Source: Lophium mytilinum | Taxonomy: Eukaryota | Assembly (NCBI GenBank): GCA_010093605.1 | Contig: MU004186.1 | Span: 141,765 to 205,764, forward strand | DNA length: 64,000 nt | Direction: 5' to 3' | Part shown: piece after piece, positions 1 through 13,876 of the stretch | Layout: the number at the start of each line of letters is the position of its first letter | Position numbering within the stretch: position 1 is the stretch's first letter | Notes under the pieces: generated by a model | The model's input: only the letters and a program-made list of their open reading frames with translations | The model's database searches: none | What the model was told of the DNA's origin: nothing | Program-made: the position numbers and the translations under genes

Positions 1-1579
1 AGTTTATAATACTATATAAAAGACTAAAAGAGTTATAAAGAATTATAGTAAGACTATATAATTAATAGAAAGACTAATTAAGGAAGAACTAATTAAGAAA
101 AGACTAATTAGAAAGAAGTACTTGCGCATAGTAAGTATAAAATAGAAAGGCTAAAGTATAATACTAGAAGAAGCTCTATATATAGTTTCTTTTAGAGGAG
201 GGTAGTATTATAGCTATAATATAACCTTTATTATAATATATTTCTAATATATATAATAGCGTTATATACCCTCTAGTATATAATTACTATTATATAACTA
301 GGCTTAGTGCTAGCCTTATCTACCTTTTAGCCGGCGCTCCGCGCCCTTCTTTCTTTCTTATAGCTACTTTATCTATATATACTAATATTAAGTCTTCTCT
401 TATAATCCGCTATTACACTATAATACTATATACTACGCCGCTATTATCTTAAACTCTTTAATTAAGATAAAATAGTTTAAGGGATAGTAGAATAGGCACT
501 CTATTAAGAAGAAATATATTAAGATTATAAAGAAGTTTATTAAGAAGTACTAGTAGAGTAGCTACTATAGTAATATATCTTATCTAGAACTAGAATCTAT
601 ACCTAAGTCTACTCTAACGCCTACGCCTATATCTACGCCTACGCCTATATCTATACTAGCACCTTATATTTAATAGCCTTAAATATATATATCTATATAA
701 AATTATAAGTATATTAAAACTATATATAGTAATAATAATAGTAATAAGCTAGTCTCTAATTTCTATAAAGAATACCTTAATACCTCTACTATACTAATTA
801 TATAGGTATATAGCTAGAAGTTACTTAGTAAGAATAGTATATTAGAGCCTCTTTTTATAGTAGATAAGATAATTCTATAGTAGAATAGTAGATACTATTC
901 TATACTAGACCTAGCCTAGTTTATACTTAATATTTTTATAGTGCCGCCGATATCTAATAACTATAAAAGGTTATTTAGTAGAGTATCTATTATACTAGAG
1001 AGATAATATTAATAGCTTAGAATAGATATACTTAAGGTAAATAAGTACCTAAGGTTAGCCTATAGGCCGGTACTAAAAAATATATTTAATAATAATATAG
1101 GCTATATATAGTTAGGTAGTATATTATATATATTACTAGCTATACTTAAAGTAATAGTAGTAGAATAACTATAGATATTAAAACGCGTAGAGGTATAGTA
1201 TAAGATAGAGAGTAATATTAATAAAAAAGAAGTAGAGAAAAAAGAGGCTATATTAAAAGCTATATTAAAAGAGGTAGTATATAGAGTAGCTAAGAATACT
1301 AAGTTTAATAATAATAACTTATTTATAATAGCTAATAATAACTAGAGAGAGCTATATAAAATAGAAAGGCTAATTAATAGCTATATAAATTAGAGAGTTA
1401 TTAAACCTTAAACTCTAGAATATCTTAGCGCTAAACTATTTTAGAAGGCTACTAACTATTTTAGGTAACCCTTAGCCCTATTATAGAGCTTCTAGAGCTC
1501 CTAGAGCTCTATAGAAATTGCTATAGATGGAGTGGATTTAAGGCAAAATCCACTCTAGTCCAGTCCAGTTCCTTTACTG
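1..1579 (+). mobile_element. RIP-degraded hAT-superfamily DNA transposon, right-hand part (left end outside window)
   Basis: Very AT-rich and TpA-rich, with CpA/TpG depleted (RIP). Reverting RIP changes at ~872-1065 gives WW-x7-PDLAQFALDVFAVPPMSDDCERLFS...LEANECLRS, the hAT C-terminal dimerisation motif. The putative end ...CCTTTACTG at 1579 reads CAGTAAAGG on the other strand, a hAT-like CAG terminus. Confidence 0.75.
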
Positions 1580-1886
1580 CTTCTTAATTCTCTGCCTGCA
1601 GCGCGTACCGATAACGTACTCGCGACCGTCCTTTCCCGAGGGAAGGGAAGCATCTCGGATGTATGTACATGCAACGCGATGCGGCCAGGCGTTGCTAAAA
1701 TGTAGGTGCGCACGAATGCGAAGATGCGCTCATGTATGGAAAGTCATCGGATGATATAAATATGGAGTTTTGAATGGGGCAATTGGCGAACTAGGGCCGG
1801 CGGGGGGGGGCTGGCTGGAAGGGGTTTCCCTGCGTTAGCCTACCTAGACGTGGATCAATCACCTCAACAGAGGCGCGAGGATGATA

Positions 1887-2224
1887 CAGTAAACCCCCGT
1901 TATAGTGATACGGGTTTTTTCAAGGGGGTGTATCACTGTATAGAGAGTATCACTGTATCTAATGTCACGTGCTGGAGATTTGTAAGCCAGACGCCTCCTA
2001 AAACACCAAAATTAGGGGGTTCTAGGGAGGGTTAGAGGTACCACGGACCACCCGCCTATACAAAAATCACCCCGGGTTAGTGTGATCTTGGTGAGCCGGG
2101 GCTTATGATACTACAGTAACCAGCTTATTACTATACCCCATACAAAAACGTACGGTCAGCCGAAATATATCACTCTATAGAAAATATCACTGTATCGCGA
2201 AAACACTATAAGGGGGGTTTACTG
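1887..2224. mobile_element. MITE of Tc1/mariner-pogo type, 338 bp, TA target duplication
   Basis: TA|CAGTAAACCCCCGTTATAGTG ... CACTATAAGGGGGGTTTACTG|TA: 21-bp TIR with 1 mismatch, TA on both sides (1885-86, 2225-26). Subterminal ATCACT(G/C)TAT repeats at both ends; no transposase ORF. Confidence 0.85.
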
Positions 2225-5200
2225 TAATTGATGATTGACACCGATAACGACATCTTGCAGTTTGATTATGTGGTGGACTGACCGTTTAAATTCAAACGAG
2301 CACATCATTCCTCGTATTCCGCGTGCCCCCGAAGGAGGCGAGCTACTTACCATACCATACCATACCCACCTGTGAGGTTCTGATCCACGATCCGAGTATA
2401 ATCGGAGTGTTTTTTGTTAGACGTTCCGGCGCGCTGGGCGGCCGCGAGGGTTTGCTGGATGCAGGTTGATTCGGTATGGCAACGTGCAGTCGTCTACTTC
2501 CTTGTTGCCCTACTGGGGCATCCGCGAGAACGGCAGGTTCCGTCACTGTGGAAGCATCTACGACATGCGTGCGAGTACGCGCCAGGTGGTCGAAAGCCGC
2601 GGTGTTCCGTGCTCAGCCCACGAGATTGTGGATCTACCTGTGAGTCTGTTTTTTAGTGGCGCGACAAAAGGTTTCCATGGTGGTTGTGCTGCGCAATCTG
2701 GAGTCATAAGACTGCTGCGTAGGGCCACAGGGCTATGCAGGGCCCGCTGTGCGTAAGCCGCCTCGCCACACCCACAACACTTGCTCTTCTAGATTGCGTA
2801 TAGTAATTGGAACGCTCGCCGCCCCCGTGTCCCAGAAGATTTGCTCCAATCGACCAGTTCCCGCCAGTGAGCGGAGTTTTGGGCCCGTGGTTCGAGGCTG
2901 GCGATGTGCGACGTTGCAACTGCACGTCATGCCCGCGGTGCGTCGCACTGCTGCGTTGGCAGAAAACGTTCATAAGGGAACCGTGGCGGCAACTGGCTGG
3001 AGCTGTGGACGTACGGCATCGTAGGGCTGGTTCGGGTGGGGTCATCTGGAACGCGGCTAGCCAGGCCAGCAGCGCGGGGTTGATTCGACGTGAGCCCAAT
3101 GCTGGCCCGGCCTACGACGACTTCAAAAGATTACTTTAGTGGAGGGGGATGGTGCAGTGGTGGTTTCGGATACCTCCGCGTCGGATCTGGCGGAGCTTGA
3201 ATGGCGACGGGGTGATTTCTTTCTGGTTGCTGAATTACTGCTTAGATTTTGAAAGATTAGAGTACCCTCGAGTCTCTGATTAGGCGCCAAGTTGCAAGTC
3301 ACTCTGAGTGGCACGTTGCAAAATACTAAAAGGAATTAAATTAGTGTATTGGTTAGTCGTCTAAGTAGACACAAGGAAGATGTCGCGTGCTTGAGCAGCC
3401 TCTAGTAAGGACATTTGAGGTAGCGTATAATGAAGATATGGCGATTCCTAGCTGAGGTGTATGATTCGTCGAGTGAAAAGTGGGCGGAGGAAGCAGCGGA
3501 AGCTAAACCCCACGCTGTGGAGGGCGCGTGAAGCGGAAAATCAAAGGTGGCATAGCTGAGCAATCGTGATGAGCCAGAGTGGAGTTAGTGCTGCGAGTTA
3601 GGCGATCAAGGATCAAGCCGTTAACCTGGGCATCCTGCCATGATGATTAGCCGTACGTTATCTATGTACAATGATGAGGGAGATGGGCGTTGGGAGCGGT
3701 GTGAAAGCGAGTGCAGCGCGGGGTGGCGAGAAAACGTCGTGATGGTGGGCTGCCCCTCCGATATCGCATGGCCAAAGCAATTCTATCGAGTCCTGCGCCA
3801 CAGGCAAAACTTGTGGTCGCGCAGTACTTTTGCTCGTCGTGAACATGAACTGGGTACCAATCGCCATGTCACCGGTGGTCTATTCGGTGGCGGGGTGTAC
3901 TCCGTGGAATGTACTCCGTGCTCCGTGGAGGCAGCCCGCAGCCCTCAACCCGTGGAGTAGTTCGACGAGCGGGGTCGACAGTTGACATTGACGTGGCTCA
4001 GAATGCGATGGGTGTGGAGACGCCAAAGCTAATAATCATGAATTCTCAAGATCCTAGATGCCCGGCCTATTTTTTCGCTTGGAAACAGTCTTCTAAGCTC
4101 GGAGGGTCGGGTTGGGATTCGCACTTTGGATGGAGAGTCGGAATAGCATCCTCTACACTAGGAGTATAACCGAATCTAAAGTCAGTGGCATCAGCTGACA
4201 ATCCCTTGCTTCCTGCATAATGTCTTTTACAGAGAAGGTTCGCTCTTCGGCGCGGAGGATCCGGAATTCTAATCCCGTCGCAAGGTCTCGTTCGGGGTTT
4301 GGACGAGCCGTGGGGTTCGTACGAAAGCAGGTTTCTTGCGCATATTTAACGCATTTCGGCGTCCAAGATCGTATCCGCGTCGAAACTGACAAGGCTGTGT
4401 ATCCGGCTTACGGGCTCTCCTCCTGAGCGCACCTACAGATGCGCTGACACGAATCAGTAGCGAGGTTCTAATGCCTTTTTGAAAAAGATATGCTGTGATA
4501 GAAAATGAAAGCGGTGACTTTGGCCGTCAGCTAGTGCACGGCCCGCCATTGAGTTTTCGGTGGCTTTTCCCCGCAAAATTGGGGCGCGAACCATGGCCTT
4601 TGCGGTGGCAGAATAAGGTGTTTTGTGCGGGGGGGTCATTCGTCGACGTAACGAGTTGCCAGCAGCCAGCATCCAATGGCAGAAATGAGCCGCGCACGGT
4701 CTGGATAGTGGCGCATCGGATGGCGAAAGCCGTTGACGCCGAACGTCTCTGGGCAGATGGTTTCATATCCAGAGAGAAGCCGTGAACGAGGACGCTCGCT
4801 GATGTTGGGTGCAGGAGGGCATTTTAGTTAGTCAAGAGTTCCACTCAAGATCGGATCGGTCGTTAAAATTGATCCGAAATTTGTAAAGTGATTCGTGAGT
4901 CGCGCTACCGAGGCTAGTGTGCTTTTCCAGGCTTGGTGTTGAAACTTGCCATGACATGGACATGGGAAAGTGTGTTTCCGTAGAGGACTCGGTTGGAGGC
5001 TATGTGGGGGGCCCGTTCAATGCGCAGTCAATTGTCCTGCTCGACCTCACAAAAATAGGCGTTTGACGAGTATGCAGCTTGGTCCTGATCATTGGAGGCT
5101 GTGAGAGACAGGCTGTACGGGAGCAAAGTTGGCAGGAGGATCAGATCAAGATGGCCAGCGGCTCTGATAGACGGTTTATACTCCGTACCTGGACGGCAGC

Positions 5201-6145
5201 GCTCAGGGGGCCGCTTCTCGACGTGATATCTTTGCGAGCACGGATTTCGGGTGGGACGTAATCGTGGCTGAGGCGGAAATTCTTGGCCAAAGCCGTTTTT
5301 TAGCGGGCTCCTTGGGATCAGCCCTCGAGAAGGCGATCGATGTGGTGGAACGCGCACCGCATGCCTAGCGCCAGGCGGTCAACAAGTCTCATCTCCGCTG
5401 ACGGCGAGTGGCTGCTTTCTGCCGGATGAAAATTTTACGGGCCTCAGCGGCTCGCAGTGGAGATAGCAGCTCCACCACCCTCTGCCATGCCGGCCGCCCC
5501 CCCGGCCTGAAATCGAAGACTAGACCCCACCTGCTCCATCTGTTTAGAGCGCGCGCAGTATACGAGCTCAGGATGCGTTTCAGGCAGCCGTTGCAGCCGT
5601 GAGAGTTGAAGTGGGCTCCGAATTCGCCAGACGAGGCCCATGTTTGCGATAAGGGTCCAGCTTTTGAAGTCCGTTTTAGGTATTTCGGGAGCATCGACCG
5701 ATCCCTCGGATGGGTGAGCCGTGGTTCATTGTTGTGGTCGAGGTGCTTACAACGACAACAGCCCAGTATGGCGTCGTCGAGGGAGCGGATCGCGATAAGC
5801 TCCGGCTCAGCTCACGCCCTCCGCGAAAATATAATTAGGTTCAGCCACCAACCCGATGCGGGCCTGAATCGCATTCAATACCTCACCTCAGCCCTTCTCG
5901 GAGAGTGGGACAAGATATGTGTCCGTTGGGGTAGCCGCGCGCAACCTACGGCGCGGTCAACAACACCAAAGCCTCGCCGCCGGGTCTCGCCATGTCCTGC
6001 CACGACTGTGGATAAGCTGCGCCGGGTCCGTCTCAGGCGCTGAGCATGCTGCGACCAGCAGGTGTCTCAAACGCAGCCTGGCCGGTGTCTTCTGCATGCA
6101 GCAGAGGCAGGGAGAATGCGGGGAAGAGGAGGCCTCGTCTGAGGA

Positions 6146-9100
6146 GGGCAACAGAATAGAATGCCAGTAGCTTGGCGCATTTTGTATTACAATGCCAGAA
6201 AACGCCACGTAGATAATAAAGGACCGAGGCCATGCTAATACAGGCCTAGAAGCTAGCTTCTAAGCTTAATTAAGTACACCCCCCATTCTCTACTATCTAT
6301 AAGGCGTTTTCTAGCATTATACAACTATATATAGGCCTTAGCGTAGTATTAAACCTTAATTTTATAATATATATAATTGGCCGCTACTAGCGCACCTCTA
6401 TAGAATATAAGGAAATTAATAAAATTAGCCTAGTATACTTTAACTAAGGGAAAATAGCCTATAGGACTATAAAAATAGCCTATATTCTCTAGTATTAGCA
6501 TCTAAATATATAGAAATAGATAAAAACTCTATTTCTCTATTAAAAATTATCTAATTTTAATTAAAATTAAATAGTTAGAAAGCCTCTATACTTACGCCTA
6601 CTACGCGTATTATACTCTATTTCTCTATAGATTCTATACTTATTTCTAATAGTTACTCTTCTATCTAAATAGCGGTTACTAAATTACTTTCTTTTACGCT
6701 GCGTAGGGCCTAATTACTTCTTTTTTAGAGGCGGAAAAGAGGTAGAACTTAGTAGAAGGTTATTAACTCTTATAGGCTATATTATATAATATTCTAGTAA
6801 GCCCTCTATAAGTATAGAGGCGTAGCTATTTCTCTATATATAGGTTTTATATATATAGCCGTAGTAGCTACCTATATACCTGCCTATAATATAGATAATA
6901 GCTATTATATAGTAGTAAGAAAACTAGTAATTTTAAAACTCTCTATAGATGTATTTCTTTCTATTAAGCCTTATAATATACACTATAGCGTTAAAGTAAT
7001 ACTATACTATAGCCATATAGTTATAGTAATTAAATACTATATATATATTTATCTAGTAGTAATAGCCTAAGGCCTTATAGAGGTTACGCTTTAAAAGCTT
7101 CTACCTAAATAGTATAAAGAATAGAATATTACTCTATACTTTACCCGGCGGCAGCCTTATAAGCTTAATAGAATAAGCTATAGCTATAGCGTATCTCTTA
7201 GCGCGTATCTCTATTACGCGGCCCTATAGTAATACTAAAAGGTATAAAGTTAATAGCTCTTAGTTATTTCTAATTATTAAATTAAAGGACTTATTTACGC
7301 CGCTTATAATATAGCTAAAGCGTATAGTAATAATATTCTTTATTACCTATTAGCATAAGTCTATAGCCTTAATATAGGCTGCGGCGGTAGGCCTAAGAAA
7401 TATAATCTTAGCTATTAAGGCGTTAAATTTAACCTAGTTAGCGGTAAGGGTAAGCTTAAAGAAGAGCTTTAAGTAGGCAGTTCTATAGTGCTTCCTAATA
7501 TTCTCTAATAGGTGCTAGACGCAGTAGATACTATAGTAGTAAGAAAGAAGGCTATTAATAGTGTTCTAGAGGCCTTTATTATAATTGCTATAAAAAAAAT
7601 AGTATAAGTAGATAGATTTTTAATAGATCTATTAATAAGAATAGTATAGTTATAGAGACTATAAAATTTAGTATAGAAATTAACTGCGGCATTAAGAAGT
7701 ATATAGAAGGAAATTAAGAGGTATAGATACTATTATAAACGGGTATATAGAAATTAAAAGAAGGCTATTATAATTTTTATTTATATCTATATATTATTTA
7801 TTATAATAGGACCTTATATATAAACTATGCAATTTCTTACTAAAATTAACGCGTTTTAACTTAATGTCCCTGCTATAAATAAATATATAGATATCTACTT
7901 AAAAATTATTAATAAATAATAAAAATTAAACTTATAAGTAGATAGTCTATACTCCGGCTATATTAAGCTATAGTAGAGCTTTCTTTAGCTTCCTTATAAA
8001 CTACACCTATATCTTATTATTTTTACTCTCTATAATAGCCTAGGTAAGTAGATAGACCTTATTATTCTAGTCTCTTTCTATTATAATTAGTACTATATTC
8101 TTATACCTATTTCTTAGATATATTCTATTAAGGCTAAGCTAGTTAAGGCTAAAGATAAGAAAGGTTCTACTCTTCTTAGGGTATATAAAGACGCGCTAGA
8201 AGGCACCGCAGTAGAGAACTAGATTAGTAGTAATACTAGAATTCTTAACCTCTAGGCGCTCTAAGTACTTTAGAATCTTTATATAGTTATTCTCTATAGA
8301 CCTCTTATTATTACCGCATATTATTAGGCGCGCCCAGCGCGCCTAGAAGTTATTAATTAGGCCTTCTAGGTATATAGAGGCTAGCGCCTAAATATTACCT
8401 ATTAGTATTTTATAGGTAATAGAGCTAAGAAGAGGGAGATTCTCTACTAAGTATATTAATTATAACTACTCTATGCACTTTAAAGAGGGCGCGCTAATAT
8501 AGTAATACTTATTAGTAAGCTTTTAAACCTCTATAGTATTATTAACTTACTAAGTTATATAGAGATGCTATAGGTATAGTATAGTAGTACTATATTATAG
8601 GTTAATTTAAGTTCTATTACTTATAAGAATCTTAATTCTCTATTCTTTCTCTATAGTAACCTTATAGTAGATCTTCTTAATCTTCTAGAAGGTACTATAG
8701 GCCTTACTAACTTAAGAAATACTAGAGGACTCTATAGCAATAATAATAGAGAGAATAGAAAGTATAAAGCTTAATAGTAAGACTATAGAATAATAGTAAG
8801 GCTATAGAATAATAGTAAGGCTATATAAGAGGCTATATAAGCTAGAAAGAATAAATTAAGGCCTTTAAAAAGGTATAAGAAGGGCCTTTATATAGTAAGT
8901 TCTTACGGCTTTATAGTATTAAAATCTATTAATTTTTTATTACTTTTTTATTACTAATACAGCGTAGAAAGATAGATAGATAATTTCTTAGTATAGCTAC
9001 TATAAAATATAGTCTAGAGCTCTTCTAACTAGATAAGGCCTATAAAGCTATTAAATCTACTTCTCTATAGCTTTCTATAGCGTAGTAGCTTATCTATATT

Positions 9101-9534
9101 CTTAATAACTTAACCTATATATCTATTACCTATTTAGGTAGTTTAGGTACTTATTAAGCGCCTCTAGAAGGGCCTTAGAGGCGCCTATCTATTAGAAATA
9201 TATAGCTAGAAGCCTGCTATATTTAAGGCTATATTAATAGGCTAGTAGCTTATAAGAATACTAGTAATATAACTAGTAGTATAATAAGCCGCATATTATA
9301 TATAGGCCTGCATATAAGGGTAAGGTTTTAATACTATACTAAGGCCTATATATAGTTGTATAATGCTAGAAAACACCTTATAGATAGTAGAGGACGGGGG
9401 GTGTACTTAATTAAGCTTAGAAGCTAGCTTCTAGGCCTGTATTGGCATGGCCTCGGTCCTTTATTATCTACGTGGCGTTTTCTGGCATTGTAATACAAAA
9501 TGCGCCAAGCTACTGGCATTCTATTCTGTTGCCC
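6146..9534 (-). mobile_element. Complete RIP-inactivated Mutator-like element (MULE, Hop-like), 3389 bp
   Basis: ~210-bp TIRs starting GGGCAACAGAATAGAATGCC and ending ...CTATTCTGTTGCCC. Perfect 9-bp TSD GTCTGAGGA at 6137-6145 and 9535-9543. The de-RIPed minus strand near 7490-7595 gives SDRDKGL..A...LP......YCVWHLxENIRKH (MULE transposase motif). The interior is saturated with RIP stops. Confidence 0.93.
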
Positions 9535-11593
9535 GTCTGAGGACATGGATGAGGTCGTGAGACGGCGTGAAGGCGTACGCAGCCAATTGCAAGCCCTGCC
9601 GTGCAAGAAGGCCACGGGAGAGCTCTGCAGACGGAGGGGTCTGAAGGCTTGCTCTCAGCGTCGGGAGGCTCTTTGTCGGAGGAGCTGAAATTAAGGCACT
9701 CCCGTTGCCGCAAGCGTGTGCGGAATCCTGAAAAAGTTCGCGATGGCTGCTCGCGGGCAAGCGTGTCAAATGCCATGGTTAGACGGGCGCTTGAGACGCG
9801 GCCTCAACACCACGACGGCTCGCTTGCACAGGCCAAGCAGCATCTCCGACGCTGATGTGCATCCCTGGTCCCAGCACGCCGGCTGCACGTCGTGCAGGGA
9901 GAGGGTGGCTCACGCATGGCTCGAGGGGCTGATTGGCGGAGCGCCTTGACCGCCTTTTCGCGAGGCCCGGGGTCGCGAGCAGATCTTCGCCGTTCTTTGC
10001 CACAGCCTGGAGGGGTGTTTTTAGAGCGGAGGATCGCGATGGCGGGTGGTGTTGAGGCGTGGTGCTTCAGGTACAGTGCCGCCACGCCAGGCACTTCCGC
10101 CAGGACGCTGCTCCAGAGGACGAACAGCCTTGCGGGCGGCCAGGGCTCAATTGAAACGGCAGGAGGCGGCACAATATTCGTGATTGCGGTGGTGGCATGA
10201 CATCATGCCAGAGAAATGCGCACCCGTTCGCGAGCAGGTCATTTCGCTGCCAAGTTGTGGCGATGACTAAGGGGAGCGGCTCTCCCTCGCGACGGGCCCA
10301 ATGCGACACCGGCAGCCTCAGCGTGCGGAGGCTGTCAACGTGGGTGGGTGGAGAGTGGAGGTGCGCTGACGCCCCGTAAACGGCGGAGCGTGAAGGCGAA
10401 AAAGCAGGTCTCATAAGGTCACTCCACGTCGCTGTCGAACCTTGGAATGAGCGTTCCGCGCGGCGCCGTCGAGGCCGGCGTCATCATGCGATAGAGGCAG
10501 GCCTGGCAGGGCTTCGTCGCACCGTTTTGGCGGCATCGTGCTGTGCCGGGCGATTGAACGAGGTGGCCTTTCGGTGCGGCTTCATAAGGCGCTGTACAAA
10601 CCCGCGAGCATTGTATTCGCGTGTAGCTGCATCTCCAGCCCCGTCGCCTACATTCACCTTCCGGCTTCCCCCCTCCAGCAGCCTTCAAAGGCCGATGCCG
10701 CTCGCCGCCGACTGCAACCCGCGTCGATAGCACACTCGGCCGGTGTTGCACGCCTGCTCTCACTGCAGATAGCTCCCCCGTCGCGCTAAGGTGCCCTGGT
10801 CGTGCCCCCGGTCTGTTGGGGTGCTTGGTGGATCAAGCCATCTTGCTTTGCGCCCGCGCCAGCCTTGATTCGCCTGGGTACGAGCGAGTCTCGACAGAGG
10901 CAAGCCGGGGCCATATCGACCTCGCAGGCCTGGCTGCCCCAATAATCCCAAGCCTGCCTTCCAACCACCATAACCCTCAACCCTCCTCTCTCCCCGACCA
11001 TCCTCCTCACCCATTCTCTAGGCCTCTGCCAGCCTGTCCCGCTACATACAAAGGCCCTCGCGTTCGCGGATCCACACTCCCTAACGACCACGCCGGCCTC
11101 GGTGGCGCCTTATCAAACAAAGCAGCTTTGTTGCTGATTTATCAGTCCACCCCCAGCAGAGGCAGCAGAGAACCACCGGATCCCCCGGCCTCGCTTTCCT
11201 CGACGACAATTCACCTCATTGTCGCTTGGGCTTTTCAACCCCGCCTCTACCAGCCGTACACGCAGCGTCCTCGCCGACACAGCTTTCACTAGCTGTGCCT
11301 CCGCCTGTGTATTCACCTCAGCGGCTTATCACGAGCGTCTCCGCCCTCCAGACGCCGGCACCCCATATCATGTTGGTCTCCTTCTCTTTTGCTCTGCTTT
11401 CAGCACCAAACACCGCCTCACCACCACCTGCACTCCTTCCTCGCATCACTGACTTCCCAAACCACCACCTCGCTAACCGCTTCGGCCTGTCTGCAGTCAG
11501 TATCTGTTTTAATACTCTCTTTAATGCCCTGGAAATCCTAAACGTCTCCCACCTCATTCGATCAACTTCTTCGACTCCCTAGAAGTCGACCGG

Positions 11594-13876
11594 ATGCCTT
11601 ACACGCCGCCCTCCCAGCGGTCACCTGCGTCCACACACCCACACAGTCCTACTCTGAGCCGGAACCATTCCTACGCCGAACAGGCGAACCCCTCGCCCGT
11701 TGTTGTGACCCGGCCATCCCTACCGCGTTCTATCTCCTCGACCTCCTACCTGAACAAGCACCGCCGGACTCCGTCCATCTCCACGAACAATGGCCAGACC
11801 TCGAATGGCGAGCTGACAAGCTCGCCCATGGATACTCGGGAGCATCATAGTTTGAGATCTGCAAATGGTAGCCTCCGCCAGTCTCCTCCTCCTGTGAACA
11901 ATCTTCTGATTCCGTCAGGTGCGATCACGACGCCTCCTGATTCCTCCGATGACGAAGAGCGCGGTCGAGAGCTCGGGAACCTCGAGGACCTCCACGTCGC
12001 CCTCCAGGGTATCGACGTGAAGAGAGCCGGTTCGCCTGTCCGCGACGAGCCCATCCCGGTGCCACCGACGAGTGTTCCCATGTTTGATCCTCCGCCCCGT
12101 GCTCTTACTCCAGAGGCTCGAAAAATCTCCCACTCTCGGTCGTCCAGCGAGATCACACTTTCCCAACATGTTCCTCACCTCGACACTGAGGCCACACTCA
12201 TCAGCTCATCCGATGACAGCGATGACGATGAGCTGCGGATAAAACCGCCGCTCCTCCGAAAGAAGTCTGGCGAGCTGGTGAAGCCGGCCCTCCGACCTAC
12301 GTCTCGTCGACGCCCTTCGAGCATGCCTGGCACTCCGACATTCTCCAAGGCCGTCCACTTCAACGAAGACATGGAGCAGGTCCGACATTTCCTCCAGGTC
12401 GACCGCCCTATAGCAGTCAGTGCAAACTCCTCTCCGGTGGAGACTTACGACAGCGAGTCCGAGTACCCATTCGGGTACGAAGATAGCCCTAAGTCTCGCC
12501 CCGTCGAGTGGGAAATCCGCCTGGCAAACTTTCCAGAGGAGACGTACGAGCGAAAGACGATGCCTGTTCGAGTGGAGCGGATATTCTTGTCGTCCGACAA
12601 CAAGACGCTGGTCGGTAGTGCTGCGGTGGCCAATATCTCATTCCAGAAGTGGGTCGTGGCTAGGTTCACCCTGGATTACTGGAAGACCACATCAGAGGTG
12701 GTGGCAGAGTACAACAACGATGTCCGGAAGAAGCAGATCAACGATGGGTACGATCGGTTCAACTTCAACATCAAGTTGGCCGACCAAGCCAACCTAGAGA
12801 CGAAGACCTTGCTGCTATGTGTCCGATACAACGTCAACGGACAAGAGTTCTGGGACAGCAACAACTCGATGAACTTCCAAGTCGACTTCACCAAGAAGAG
12901 TGTTCCACGAGGAAAGGGTGCAAAGAAAGGACCAAGTGCTGGTACCTTGGGCGCCATTCCTCGCAGCAGACATTCTCCGCCGGCAACTCGTCCTCGATCA
13001 ATGCCCGCTGCATTCGACGACGATTTCGGCAACGGCTTCGACACCAAGTACGAGTTTGGCTCAACAAGGTCCATCATCGGCGACTCGCCCAACTCTACGA
13101 TTCGACTCAAGCCAAAGAGCAAGAACCGAGCCAACTTCTTCCCGGACCCGGTAGCACGCAATGCCACCGGAGCGAGCCATGCGTTCTCCACTCGCTATGA
13201 CTTCGGCGCTTCCCTCACTGCTGCTTTGTCAAACGCCCAAACGGCTCTCGGTGAAAAGAGTGGACTGAAGGGCACAGCGCCAAGCAAGCCCACCGGGTTC
13301 TTTGACAATGCTGTTACCGGCGGCACACGGCCGACCAGTGTCCCGCGTGCTCCTGTTCCTGGTACTCGTCCCGATGCACTTCAATCTGAGAAGCCCGACT
13401 TGCAATCCGCCGAGTACAATGAATTGATTCAGAAATTTTGCTTCGTACGTGCTCCACGCCCTGGGATGGCCTGACCCCTCCGTAGCTAACTGTCGTATCA
13501 GTTCGGCACTCCCTCTGGAAAAGGCTCGCCGCAAGTTGCTTCTCCTGCTACTAAGAATACTCATACCGACGGTGCTAGTGATTACATCCTGGAGTACAGT
13601 TCTGGAAGCAACCAAAACTCTGGATCAAGCAGTCCGGGAAGTCCGGAGGCTGGCAAGGACATGCATTCCCTTGTCGATGGTGCAAATGATAGCAAATATT
13701 CCTCGAAAAGTCCTACACATTTTCTGTCCCGTTCGTCATCCCCGGGACCCATGACTGGATCTGACCCTGGCGACCGTACGACGTCGCCACTGTACTACGG
13801 AGGGTCTCCATACAACCATAACGCACTTGGCGGCATTTTCGCGGAGCCGTCGCATACGCCGCAAGCATGTGTTTAG
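11594..13876 (+). CDS. Protein phosphatase 1 glycogen-targeting regulatory subunit with CBM21 domain (Gac1-like); join(11594..13444,13502..13876)
   Basis: RVxF-type motif KAVHF; CBM21 motifs VANISFQKWVVARFTLDYW, YDRFNFNIKL and EFWDSNNSMNF. A GTACGT...GCTAAC...CAG intron joins in frame to the ORF ending QACV*. Confidence 0.9.

Noticed and set aside
1528..1559. Helitron 3' end (hairpin plus CTAG)
   Set aside because: The CTAG overlaps the stem and is probably RIP-derived from CCAG; the upstream hAT dimerisation motif explains the element better.
2343..6043. Short ORFs as genes
   Set aside because: They overlap in several frames, have no recognisable motifs and give no coherent splice model.
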